A stretch of 64,000 bases of DNA from NCBI GenBank assembly GCA_049325535.1, contig JBMOKY010000001.1, forward strand, positions 29,002 to 93,001, written 5' to 3'. Every line of letters begins with the position of its first letter. Position 1 is the stretch's first letter. Under the pieces are notes generated by a model that saw only the letters and a program-made list of their open reading frames with translations, was not told the DNA's origin and did not search any database. A program made the position numbers and the translations under genes. This stretch comes from Patescibacteria group bacterium. Its GTDB lineage: Bacteria > Patescibacteriota > Patescibacteriia > UBA10025 > JAHIVO01. Below, piece after piece: positions 47,508 through 56,837 of this stretch.

Positions 47508-49652
47508 TTAGGCGTTGACTGGCACCTTCACTGTTTGGGCGGATGGGGCGGCCGTGGTCGCTGCGGGTTTGTATACTTTGCGATTCTTAAATTCTTCCTT
47601 TTTGCCTTTATTCCATTGTTGTACTGGACGCAGGTAGCCGACCACGCGGGAGTATACTTCGCAGATAGCCTGGCAACTGGGACATTCGGCGTGCTCACCG
47701 CTGAGGTAGCCATGCGTCGGACAGACGCTAAACGTCGGTGTGAAGGTGAAGTAGGGCAAGCGATATGTTTCACAGATTTTTCTGACCATTGATTTGATGG
47801 TGGTTGGCTCGGTGATTTGTTCCCCGAGGAACAAGTGGATGACCGTACCGCCGGTGTAGCGAGTTTGCAGGCTATCTTGCAGGTCGAGCACCTCAAATAG
47901 ATCCTCGGTGTAGTTGACCGGCAGATGGGTGGAATTGGTGTAAAACGGTTCGGCATTGTTCTGGTAATCCGGCTCATTTGCTGCAATAATCGTCGGATAT
48001 TTTTCTTTGTCTTTCTTGGCTAGGCGGTACGAGGTACCTTCGGCTGGCGTCGCTTCGAGATTGTAATTGTTCCCCGTCTCTTTTTGGTACGTTATCAGAC
48101 GATTACGCATGAAGTCGAGCACCCGTTCGGCAAAGGCGTGACCCTCTTCGGTTCCGAGGTCTTTGCCGAGGAGATTCAGGGCAGCTTCGTTCATGCCCAC
48201 GAGGCCGATGGTGGAAAAATGATTTTTCCAGTATTCATTAAACCGTTCCTTCATGTGCCGGAGGTAGTATTTGGTATAGGGATACAATCCTTTTTCCGTA
48301 AACCGTTCCAGGATTTTCCGTTTGATTTCCAGACTGTCCCGGGCGATATCCATCAGGCGTTCGAGACGGGTGATAAACTCCTCCTCATTGCGTGAGAGGA
48401 AGCCGAGGCGCGGCAAATTGATGGTGACGACTCCGGTTGAGCCGGTCAGGGGATGGGCGCCAAAGAGCCCGCCGCCGCGTTTTTCCAGCTGGCGATTGTC
48501 CAGGCGAAGGCGGCAGCACATGGAGCGGGCGTCTTCTGGATCCATGTCGGAATTGATGAAGTTTGAGAAATAGGGAATGCCGTATTTGCCGGAAATTTTC
48601 CAGAGCAGGTCGGCAATGGGACTGTCCCAGTCAAAATCCTTGGTGATATTGTAGGTGGGAATGGGAAAGGTAAAGACGCGGCCTTTGGCATCACCCTCGA
48701 GCATGACTTCCATCAGGGCTTTATTGAATATGTCCATTTCCCTCTGGAAATCTTTGTATTGTTCTTTTTGTGGCTTTCCGCCGATGATCACTGGCTGGTC
48801 GGCAAATGTGGAAGGGACAGTGAAGTCGAGAGTGATATTGGTAAATGGCGTCTGGAAGCCGACTCGAGTCGGGACATTGATATTAAAGAGGAATTCCTGG
48901 AGAACCTGTTTTACTTCTTTTTCAGTCAGATTATCGTAGCGGATAAATGGTGCCAGCAGTGTGTCAAAATTTGAGAATGCCTGCGCGCCGGCGGCTTCAC
49001 CCTGGAGGGTGTAAAAGAAATTAACGACTTGGCCCATGGCAGAACGTAAGTGTTTGGGAGGTTTGCTTTCGATTTTTCCGGCCACGCCGCGGAAGCCCTG
49101 GCTCATCAAGTCATAGAGATCCCAGCCGACGCAGTAGACGGACAGGATATTCAGATCATGCATGTGAAAATCACCACTATCGTGCGCCTGCCGGACTTCC
49201 TGGGGGTAAATTTTATTCAGCCAGTACTTTTTACTGATTTCCGAGGAAATGTAGTTATTGAGACCCTGGAGGGAGAATGACATGTTGCTATTTTCATTCA
49301 CCTGCCAGTCGAGTTCGTCCAGATATTGGTCAACAAGGCTGACATGCGCAGAGTCGGCGATTTCTCGCATCTTTGAATGCTGCTCGCGGTAAATGATGTA
49401 CGCCTTTGCCGTTTTTTTGTACATGGAGGACAGCAATATTTCTTCGACGATGTCCTGGATCTGCTCGACCGAGGGGATGCCATCACCATTGATGACTTGC
49501 TGGGCCACGCTTAATACGCGCAGCGTAAGCTGTTTGGCAATTTCTTTATCGAACTCGCCGGTTACCTGGCCGGCTTTATATATAGCGTTCACAATGCGCT
49601 CGGGATCAAAGGCGACGATGCGTCCATCCCGCTTTCGTATCTTCGTAAACAT
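47508..49652 (-). CDS. nrdD: Anaerobic (class III) ribonucleoside-triphosphate reductase with ATP cone
   Basis: IRKRDG ATP cone, SMCCRL, TPAEG, YTNS, C..HGY..C..C, YSRVVGYLRPV glycyl-radical motif. Confidence 0.96.
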   Translation of the reverse strand: MFTKIRKRDGRIVAFDPERIVNAIYKAGQVTGEFDKEIAKQLTLRVLSVAQQVINGDGIPSVEQIQDIVEEILLSSMYKKTAKAYIIYREQHSKMREIADSAHVSLVDQYLDELDWQVNENSNMSFSLQGLNNYISSEISKKYWLNKIYPQEVRQAHDSGDFHMHDLNILSVYCVGWDLYDLMSQGFRGVAGKIESKPPKHLRSAMGQVVNFFYTLQGEAAGAQAFSNFDTLLAPFIRYDNLTEKEVKQVLQEFLFNINVPTRVGFQTPFTNITLDFTVPSTFADQPVIIGGKPQKEQYKDFQREMDIFNKALMEVMLEGDAKGRVFTFPIPTYNITKDFDWDSPIADLLWKISGKYGIPYFSNFINSDMDPEDARSMCCRLRLDNRQLEKRGGGLFGAHPLTGSTGVVTINLPRLGFLSRNEEEFITRLERLMDIARDSLEIKRKILERFTEKGLYPYTKYYLRHMKERFNEYWKNHFSTIGLVGMNEAALNLLGKDLGTEEGHAFAERVLDFMRNRLITYQKETGNNYNLEATPAEGTSYRLAKKDKEKYPTIIAANEPDYQNNAEPFYTNSTHLPVNYTEDLFEVLDLQDSLQTRYTGGTVIHLFLGEQITEPTTIKSMVRKICETYRLPYFTFTPTFSVCPTHGYLSGEHAECPSCQAICEVYSRVVGYLRPVQQWNKGKKEEFKNRKVYKPAATTAAPSAQTVKVPVNA

Positions 49653-49717
49653 GGCGATGGTTTTTGTTAGTGTTTATGAGCACCCCCGAAAGGGCGAGAA
49701 CTGAACCCACCTTGTTA

Positions 49718-49766
49718 GCACAAGATGTAGTGTCTCTATAGGGTAGTATACCACTAGATGTAGTTT
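49718..49766. promoter_or_regulatory. Tandem NrdR boxes upstream of nrdD
   Basis: gcacaagatgtagtgt (49718-49733) and ccactagatgtagttt (49751-49766) resemble the acaCwAtATaTwGtgt consensus, 33 bp apart. Confidence 0.75.
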
Positions 49767-49940
49767 TGATCAAGGATAGCGGGTTTTCTCCGCTAATCAC
49801 AGGCTAAAATATTTTTCGCTTTTCCATTGTAGCACGTTTGGCCAGTCGCGTGGGCGTGAGAATGATTCGCAGTATGTGGACAGGAATGGCCAAAAGGGCG
49901 ATTGGAACGTTTTACGAACCTCAGGTAGGATGAAGACAGT

Positions 49941-50576
49941 ATGAAACCAGTCGTTTCCATAATTATTCCTACATATAATCGGGCAGCCTATCTCCCCCGC
50001 GCTATTAGTTCTGTGGTGGAGCAGTCATATAGCGCATGGGAACTGATTATTATCGATGATGGGAGCACGGATGCGACGCAAGAGGTCGTCCGTTCGATTG
50101 CCGCCACAGAACGGCGGATCCGCTCTGTCCGCCGCCTGCACCGTGGGGTCTACCCAGCTCTGAATACTGGCATCCGAACGGCCGTAGGGACATACATTAC
50201 CTTTTTGGGGAGTGACGATCGCCTCAACTCCAGCCATATCAGTAGGCGCGTCGGGTATCTGATGCGACATCCAGAGGTCGATATGCTGCATGGAGGCGTC
50301 CGTATCATCGGACAGCCCTATGTGGTGGACGCAGATCATCCTGGCCGGCGAATCCACCTCAAATATTGTGCCATTGGTGGTACGTTTTTTGGAAGGCGGG
50401 AGGTATTTACCTCTTTGGGCGGTTTTCAGACCCGGCGATATGGTGGAGATGCAGCCTTTTTAGCCGTCGCCCAGGGCAGGTTTACGATTCGACATGTTTC
50501 CTGGCCTACCTATGTGTATCATCGCGATACACCTGGGAGCATCACCAATAAAAAATTAGCCAGAAACAAGGTATAG
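49941..50576 (+). CDS. Glycosyltransferase family 2
   Basis: VSIIIPTYNR, IIDDGSTD, ALN.GI, FLGSDD. Confidence 0.93.
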   Translation: MKPVVSIIIPTYNRAAYLPRAISSVVEQSYSAWELIIIDDGSTDATQEVVRSIAATERRIRSVRRLHRGVYPALNTGIRTAVGTYITFLGSDDRLNSSHISRRVGYLMRHPEVDMLHGGVRIIGQPYVVDADHPGRRIHLKYCAIGGTFFGRREVFTSLGGFQTRRYGGDAAFLAVAQGRFTIRHVSWPTYVYHRDTPGSITNKKLARNKV

Positions 50577-50605
50577 TTTCTGATGCCTGACTGTGAGATG
50601 AGGGT

Positions 50606-51178
50606 TTAAGTAAATATTTCTTTGAGCGCTTGGTAACGACTTGCCACTTCCTGGCGCACATCCTCAAAGAAGATTTTTATTGTGTAATCCCGTTCTAATT
50701 TTTCTTGTACCCAGCTGATGAATTCTGCGTATGTTTTATTTTCCGGAATATGCATCCAGCAAAATTGAGGATAGAAATCAGTCATGAAATGGGCATATGC
50801 ATCAGCGGTTGTCAGGATTTTACCTTCGAGTGTCTGCGGCAGCTCATCCCCGCGGCATTCGTGAGGTTTGATAACTACATTCATGACCGTCTCGATTTCA
50901 TTTTCGGTGTAGCCTGCTTTTTGCAGAACAGCCCGTGATTCCTTGTCCGTCACCGCTTCGAATTGTGGATCATGGCGATTCAGGAAGGCATCGCCGAAGT
51001 CATGGAGTAAGGCACCCGCAACCGCTATATCAGTATTTGCATTATGTACATGGCATAATGTTTCAGCTTTTTTCGCGACAACTTGGACGTGATTATCCCA
51101 CATCCAAGCAGCCAATGCATCAGTGGATGATGCGTAGGCTTGGGCTACGAGTTGCGTGACCTTCTCGTGTTTGTTCAT
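50606..51178 (-). CDS. HD-domain protein
   Basis: NH...V, ALLHDFGD, H, TADA. Confidence 0.85.
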   Translation of the reverse strand: MNKHEKVTQLVAQAYASSTDALAAWMWDNHVQVVAKKAETLCHVHNANTDIAVAGALLHDFGDAFLNRHDPQFEAVTDKESRAVLQKAGYTENEIETVMNVVIKPHECRGDELPQTLEGKILTTADAYAHFMTDFYPQFCWMHIPENKTYAEFISWVQEKLERDYTIKIFFEDVRQEVASRYQALKEIFT

Positions 51179-51330
51179 ATTTTATTGTTCATAGACAGTA
51201 AGCGGGTAAGTCCTTCGACTTCGCTCAGGATAAAGTCCGTCGAACCCCTGTCAACAGCTTGTCCCGCAACGATGAGGCGAATGTAATGAGCCCATCTTGT
51301 TGCGAGAATCCCGGATTATCCCGCCAAGGT

Positions 51331-51401
51331 AGCGGGTAAGGGGAGTCGAACCCCTGTCAACAGCTTGGAAAGCTGTGGTAATACCGTTATACGATACCCG
51401 C
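51331..51401 (-). tRNA. tRNA-Gly(TCC), no encoded CCA, acceptor stem extended by a 9-bp inverted repeat
   Basis: GCGGGTATCGTATAACGGTATTAC...TTTCCAA...GTTCGACTCCCCTTACCCGCT; gccaaggta/taccttggc flanks. Confidence 0.95.
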
Positions 51402-51612
51402 TACCTTGGCATGATTTGTTTGTTAAGAAAAATTGTTTCGTGCGGGATCCTCGTCCTCCAAAGGCGGACGGGAGAAAGCTGTGGTAATACCGTTATATGA
51501 TACCCGCGCGTGTTATGAGGAAACACCTACGGTTTTTCCTCATTACTCTTTTTCCCTATAGTAGTATGCCTCGCTCGGAGTAAATCCGCAGCTCGTCATG
51601 CTAGGAGTGTTG

Positions 51613-51939
51613 TTAAGGATTCCAGAGATACTGATTGAGATCAACGTAGTAATTTCCTGCTCGCTGGGTGACGGTCACGCCATCCTTTTTCAGTAGTTTT
51701 GCCTGCTCGTGGCAGTCATGGATCTCACAGGTAGTGCTGATTCTTCCCTCGCGGTTGATGATGCGTTGCCAGGGCATGTTTTCCAGTCCGTTATTGTCGA
51801 TGGCGTGCAGTGCCCACCCCACCATCCGGGCGGCTTGCGGCGAACCAAGCAGAGCGGCAATTTGTCCATAGGTGGCCACCGTGCCTTTGGGAATTTGTGA
51901 CACTATAGCGTATACTCGTTTGTAAAAATCACCAGCCAT
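51613..51939 (-). CDS. Alkyltransferase-like protein (ATL/YbaZ type of the MGMT family)
   Basis: IPKG.VATYGQIA, ARMVG.AL, PWQRI (Trp replaces the catalytic Cys of PCHR). Confidence 0.9.
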   Translation of the reverse strand: MAGDFYKRVYAIVSQIPKGTVATYGQIAALLGSPQAARMVGWALHAIDNNGLENMPWQRIINREGRISTTCEIHDCHEQAKLLKKDGVTVTQRAGNYYVDLNQYLWNP

Positions 51940-51973
51940 ACTACGTATGCTGTACTCTACGTTTTTTGGAGGT

Positions 51974-52312
51974 TTACGTCAAGCGCTCAAAACACGGACA
52001 CGGTTTTTCACGCAGGATGGCTCGTTGGCGGTGCGGAGTATCAATATAGGCCCATTGGGCGCGCATCCCGCGGGCCAATCGTTTATCCAGTGGCGAGCGG
52101 TGGCGGTATCCTCGGCGTTTCATTTCGTGTACCAATTGTTCATGCCGTCGGTACAGCGCGGCCAATTTACCCATCCACCGCTTGGTTTCCGGATGCTGGC
52201 TGTACCCTTTTTTGTTTTGCGTTATTACTGTCCAGACAGCATGCAATTCCCGGTGCTCTCCGAGTAGGTGGTTCCGGCAAAGATTTTTTGGATGGATGTC
52301 CCAGATGCGCAT
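51974..52312 (-). CDS. Pyrimidine-dimer DNA glycosylase / T4 endonuclease V-like protein
   Basis: MRIW...P..L...HLLGEHRELH, HP...RW, H..LV.EM.RRGY. Confidence 0.85.
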   Translation of the reverse strand: MRIWDIHPKNLCRNHLLGEHRELHAVWTVITQNKKGYSQHPETKRWMGKLAALYRRHEQLVHEMKRRGYRHRSPLDKRLARGMRAQWAYIDTPHRQRAILREKPCPCFERLT

Positions 52313-52412
52313 AGAGGTAGGCATATAGTACTCCCCTGATTGGCAGGGACGCAAATCGGGCATATCGAAAATTCCTCTTGGGTAACGGTGAGCAGAGGTT
52401 CGATTGCGGATA

Positions 52413-54086
52413 CTATCCTGCGGTCACCGGCCGAGCTAGCGGCTGTTTATCGCGTGGGGAGTTGGATGATGCAATCGGCATCGGGCGGGGGGTGCTGGCA
52501 CGCACTAGTTTTTTGTCCATTTGGGTCAGTTTCAGGATGTGCTCCGGGGTGAGCGATTGGAGTTCAGGGGTGCGGTCAGTGGCCGGGTAATACACCGAGT
52601 AGATTTCTGGGAGCATAGGGCTGCTGATCTCCTCAAGCGTCACCGATTGCGCCAGCTGAAGAAAATGTTCGTAGTGGGACTCGACGTCATGGAACAGCAT
52701 GTCGATGCCAGTGGCAGGCACCAGTGACCCGGTGATCGTGGGGAGGTATGACAATACCAATCCATCGCCGCCATAGGCAGTCGTGTCGGTCGGTTCTATG
52801 GCATCCGCTTCGATAGCATCGCCCATCTGGCGCAGCAGTTGCTGCCAGGCGCGTTTGGTCGCGGTGAGGTCATTGACCTGAGAAAATCCGCCCAGGCATT
52901 TCATGCCGTAGTACAGAGCCACCATCAGGTAGCAGAGCATCATGCTGGGCATAATTTTTTTCTCCCGGAGCGCTTGAGTAAGCGCTGGGACAGTTGTTGC
53001 TACTGAGTAATCCATGCCCTCTGCCACGAGTCGTCCTTGCTGCAGGGTCATGCGTTTGCGGTGCTGTCGATCATTGAGTGCCCAGAACAGGTGGGTACCC
53101 CACTGTTTCTCTTCGGAGAAAGCACCGGGGATATTGTCAAAATGAATTTTCATGGCCTGATGGTAGCCTGGGTTAGTCAGCAGCTGATGGAGTGATGAGG
53201 CGGTATTGGGCAGGTGGAATCGGATCAGCAGTTCGCGTGTTAGCGATTCAATGTCCAAATATACGAGATCGGGTATCTGGACGTCGGAATTAGACGAGGT
53301 TTCGGCCGTATGGAATAGATCAGGCCATAGATTGAAATTGATTTTGGTGATTTGCTCCGCGAGACTGGCGGTATCCAGTACTGATGGATCAGAAAAATAG
53401 GTATCCAGACATTGGTGTACGGCGACGCAGCGCTCTCGGGTGATCGTCCCCGTGGCACCTTTGCTGTCGACAGCCCGATGTGCTCGGGCGATATCATCCG
53501 GGGTAAATGGGCGCATGGTATATGCGACCCCCATTTTTTCCCGATCCGGTAATATGGGGATGCGGATCAGGTTCGACGACCCATTGATACCGCCATGAAA
53601 AAGAATGCCACGCGGGTAGGCAGACGCATTATTGATAGATACGGTGGCAAACGAAAAAACAACCAGGTAGCGGAGATCGGGATCCTGTCGCTGGTGGAAC
53701 GGAAGTGAATCGATGATATTTGAATTGACAAAAAATGGATGGTCAATCGGGCCGTGATGGTCGGCCGTGGAGACGAGCGGGAATTTTTCAAGCTGGCGGA
53801 CAACCCCGTCGGCTACGGTTGCACCGAGACGATCCGCGGTTAGTTCACGGGCAACGGAAATCAGCTCATGCCGACGGGCCTCAGTAATGGGGAGTGATGG
53901 AAAACTGAAAAAATCGCGGGTAAATTCTAGTAAATTTTTTGCGCCGCGGCGCTGGATGATATCCGCAAGGATTGGACTCCGTTTCCAGACGGCGCTTTTG
54001 AGTGATGAGAGAGTGGCTGGGGAAGGGCGGTCGGGAACAGGCCCACTATCATCAGATTCTATCGTTGCTTCCATAAAGAGGCTCAT
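52413..54086 (-). CDS. Hypothetical protein
   Basis: 557-aa ORF; conserved-looking STADHHGP..HP and CLGGFSQV segments; family not recognised. Confidence 0.8.
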   Translation of the reverse strand: MSLFMEATIESDDSGPVPDRPSPATLSSLKSAVWKRSPILADIIQRRGAKNLLEFTRDFFSFPSLPITEARRHELISVARELTADRLGATVADGVVRQLEKFPLVSTADHHGPIDHPFFVNSNIIDSLPFHQRQDPDLRYLVVFSFATVSINNASAYPRGILFHGGINGSSNLIRIPILPDREKMGVAYTMRPFTPDDIARAHRAVDSKGATGTITRERCVAVHQCLDTYFSDPSVLDTASLAEQITKINFNLWPDLFHTAETSSNSDVQIPDLVYLDIESLTRELLIRFHLPNTASSLHQLLTNPGYHQAMKIHFDNIPGAFSEEKQWGTHLFWALNDRQHRKRMTLQQGRLVAEGMDYSVATTVPALTQALREKKIMPSMMLCYLMVALYYGMKCLGGFSQVNDLTATKRAWQQLLRQMGDAIEADAIEPTDTTAYGGDGLVLSYLPTITGSLVPATGIDMLFHDVESHYEHFLQLAQSVTLEEISSPMLPEIYSVYYPATDRTPELQSLTPEHILKLTQMDKKLVRASTPRPMPIASSNSPRDKQPLARPVTAG

Positions 54087-54203
54087 TTGGATTTTCGGTC
54101 AGCATAGCGCAAGTGGTCCGAATAGTCAATCCCCTCGTCTTCGCAAGCCCCATATTAGCCAAAAAACTAACAAAGGTAAGGAAAGCTCCCGGGTGGGCAG
54201 GAA

Positions 54204-55223
54204 TTAGGCGGTAGCCAAATTCCCTAAAAATTTTAAAAAGTACCGCTTTGGCGCGCGCTCAGTGCTGACAATTTGTTTCCACTGTACGTCAGTTTCTGAC
54301 AGGCGAATGGAGGTTCCATTTACTGTGACGAAGGGATCGACCACGCGGGATTTACATATGACGGCGCGATCATATTCGTCGGGACTGTTTATCACTTGGT
54401 CGCGTGCGTGCATCCGATGGTAGAGTGTTTTTAAAGTGGCATCTGCTTCATGGAAGGGGTGCAGTTTTTTCAGGACTGCCCGGTCCGTGGTGTAGAGATC
54501 GTGGTAGGTGATATAGGTTTTGTCGAGCGCGTAAGCGAGATAGTCCCCGACTGTCTGGAGCATGACCGCCCCGAGGAAACTTGCAAAATACGTATTATTT
54601 AAATGGTGGAAAAGCTGCGAGAATTCTCGGGCAGCAGCAATATCATGGAAAAACCATTTTCCATCCTGGGTGGCAAGGGAATTGAGCAGTCTTCGTATTT
54701 TTATTGGCGTCCATTTTTTTTCGAATGCCTCAGCATTGCGCACTGCATAATCTATCCGGTCAGCACATAGATCCGGAAGTTGCCGCTCAAGCAAAGGGAA
54801 GCGACTATCATCAAGGATTTCTGATGGATCATAGCCATGTTTCGTGAGTATGGCGGGAATGTTTGTCTGGTTGATGTACTGATGAAAATATTCATCCTGG
54901 TGTTTTTGGGTGGCCCCGGATCCGTTTCTGAGCGCATAATCTATACAATGGGAAAATGCCGAGTGCGATACGTCATGAAGCAGTCCGGCTATTTGCTCTT
55001 CCAGTGATGCGTCATATATCCGAAGCAGTATACAAACGCCGACCGAATGGGCGAAACGGCTGAATTCTTCATCGGTGATGTCCGCATCGGGGTATATCCA
55101 CAGCGGACGATACCCGGCCTGGTCGATACCTTTGAGTCGCTGGAGGGCGGGATCTTGGATTAATTCCAATAAGACCGGCTCGGTGAACTCAACGGAACCA
55201 TACACGCGGTCAGTGTAGCGCAT
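54204..55223 (-). CDS. HD-domain phosphohydrolase (dNTP triphosphohydrolase-like)
   Basis: D.VYG, LQRL.GI.Q, SRF.HSVGV, LLHDVSH.AFSH, ADRIDY..R. Confidence 0.9.
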   Translation of the reverse strand: MRYTDRVYGSVEFTEPVLLELIQDPALQRLKGIDQAGYRPLWIYPDADITDEEFSRFAHSVGVCILLRIYDASLEEQIAGLLHDVSHSAFSHCIDYALRNGSGATQKHQDEYFHQYINQTNIPAILTKHGYDPSEILDDSRFPLLERQLPDLCADRIDYAVRNAEAFEKKWTPIKIRRLLNSLATQDGKWFFHDIAAAREFSQLFHHLNNTYFASFLGAVMLQTVGDYLAYALDKTYITYHDLYTTDRAVLKKLHPFHEADATLKTLYHRMHARDQVINSPDEYDRAVICKSRVVDPFVTVNGTSIRLSETDVQWKQIVSTERAPKRYFLKFLGNLATA

Positions 55224-55228
55224 GTGCG

Positions 55229-55588
55229 TTATTTTTTTATTGCATCAATCTTCGCCGCCAGGATGAAGTCATTTTCATGCAGGCCGCGTACGGCATGGGT
55301 CCAGATGGTGAACACCACGTGATTGTAATGCACGCAGAAGTCAGGGTGGTGACCCTCAGACTCGGCAAGATCCTCTACTGTGCGTAAGAATGCCATGGCC
55401 TCACGGAAATCCTTGAAGACGATTTCCTTGGTAATAGCTTTGACGTCCACTGCTTTTTGTTTGGTGGTCGTGAGCTCCCACCCATCGACATGAGTCATGA
55501 GTTCTTTGATTTCCTCATCGGTGGCTGGTGGTACGCCACCTTCGCACGGGATGCAGCGTTTATGGGTGAGTTGGTCGGTCATATACAT
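55229..55588 (-). CDS. Pterin-4-alpha-carbinolamine dehydratase family protein
   Basis: C.PCEGG, F.DF, AE.EGHHPD, WTHA..GL.ENDFILAAKID. Confidence 0.93.
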   Translation of the reverse strand: MYMTDQLTHKRCIPCEGGVPPATDEEIKELMTHVDGWELTTTKQKAVDVKAITKEIVFKDFREAMAFLRTVEDLAESEGHHPDFCVHYNHVVFTIWTHAVRGLHENDFILAAKIDAIKK

Positions 55589-55796
55589 GGTTTGGTTACT
55601 GCCGATGTAATGATACTCCTATGGTAATTGGTTCGGCAAACGTTCATTTCCAAAATCCCTCAACATGATTGGGGGGGGGCGTTTAGTCGGGGTGACTAGA
55701 ATTGTTCGCCTCCGGCAGAAACCCACGATCTTCTCTGACGGTACTGTCGGGGAGAGCGAGCAAACAAACTGCCCGCAAAATTCGTAATGTTTAGAT

Positions 55797-55873
55797 TGGT
55801 CGGGGCGGCGAGACTCGAACTCGCGACCTCCTGCTCCCAAAGCAGGCGCGCTAGCCAACTGCGCTACGCCCCG
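55797..55873 (-). tRNA. tRNA-Pro(TGG), CCA encoded
   Basis: Cloverleaf, anticodon loop TTTGGGA. Confidence 0.96.
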
Positions 55874-55882
55874 ATGAGGCGT

Positions 55883-56278
55883 TTATTTCTTTGTGCGGGG
55901 GAAGGCACCCCGGCGTCTGTCATACCGTTTTTCGTTGGTCTTGTACCCGTCATCAGATGACCAGCGAAGCCACAATCGTTTTTTAAATCCACCTTTGCGC
56001 ATCATATTTACTCTTTGGGCAGCCGCAACCTCACGGGTGGTTATCTTCTTTATTGATTTAATTTCCTCAATGACATCTATGACGTCGGCAATCTCACTGA
56101 CAAGTTCTGTACGAGAGGTGGCACGTTGCATACCACTCGCCTCTTCTTCAACTTTTTTGATGAGCTCTTGCTCGAATTTCTTTTTGGGCAGGACGCGCAC
56201 ATCATAATCAGCACCGGCGGCTTTGATGCGGCTTGGGATCCTGTCGCGAATGACTTTGTTGTAAAATATTTTTTTCAT
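55883..56278 (-). CDS. MazG-like nucleoside-triphosphate pyrophosphohydrolase
   Basis: YNKVIRDRIP, L.KKV.EE, EIADV..V, KGGF..R. Confidence 0.88.
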   Translation of the reverse strand: MKKIFYNKVIRDRIPSRIKAAGADYDVRVLPKKKFEQELIKKVEEEASGMQRATSRTELVSEIADVIDVIEEIKSIKKITTREVAAAQRVNMMRKGGFKKRLWLRWSSDDGYKTNEKRYDRRRGAFPRTKK

Positions 56279-56403
56279 TCGCCTAATTGGAGAAAGGGTG
56301 GTGCCGAGTGCCAGAATCAGACCCCGTATGATTCCTCGTTTCACTCGTCATAACGGGGCAGGCTGGCGACGTACCAGATCATTTTCCAAATGTCTTTATC
56401 ATG

Positions 56404-56475
56404 TGCCGAGGGCCAGAATCGGACTGGCGACGCAAGGATTTTCAGTCCTTCGCTCTACCACTGAGCTACCTCGGC
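56404..56475 (-). tRNA. tRNA-Phe(GAA), no encoded CCA, associated with an 18-bp perfect inverted repeat
   Basis: GCCGAGGTAGCTCAGTGGTAGAGC...CTGAAAA...GTCCGATTCTGGCCCTCGGCA; IR arms 56394-56411 and 56484-56501. Confidence 0.93.
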
Positions 56476-56763
56476 TTGAAGAACCTCGGCACATGATAAA
56501 GAAAGTTATCAATGATTTTCAGTCCGGAGACCTGCCCCGCCATAGCTCACGAAGTGAGCGGTGCGGGGTCTACCACTGAGCTACCTCGGCGCGGGCCGTC
56601 CCCAGCATGAGTGAGTATTATTTTTTAAAGCCACTGGTGAGCGATCGAGTATAAGATCTTTCGCTTACGCTCAGGACGGCACCCGGGACCTCGTCATTAT
56701 CCTGTACTATACTCACTGCGTTTGCAAGTACAGGACGAGTCAGTGACGTTACCACCCCCAGAG

Positions 56764-56837
56764 TGGGCGACTCAGGAATCGAACCTGAGACCTCGTCATT
56801 ATCAGTGACGCGCTCTAACCATCTGAGCTAGTCGCCC
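56764..56837 (-). tRNA. tRNA-Ile(GAT), no encoded CCA, acceptor stem extended by an 8-bp inverted repeat
   Basis: GGGCGACTAGCTCAGATGGTTAGAGC...CTGATAA...GTTCGATTCCTGAGTCGCCCA; cccagagt/actctggg flanks. Confidence 0.95.

Noticed and set aside
51201-51507. Spliceable tRNA intron (group I or BHB type) in the outer tRNA-Gly
   Set aside because: No group I core or clear bulge-helix-bulge was seen, and the outer T-arm is itself disrupted, so splicing would not give a functional tRNA.
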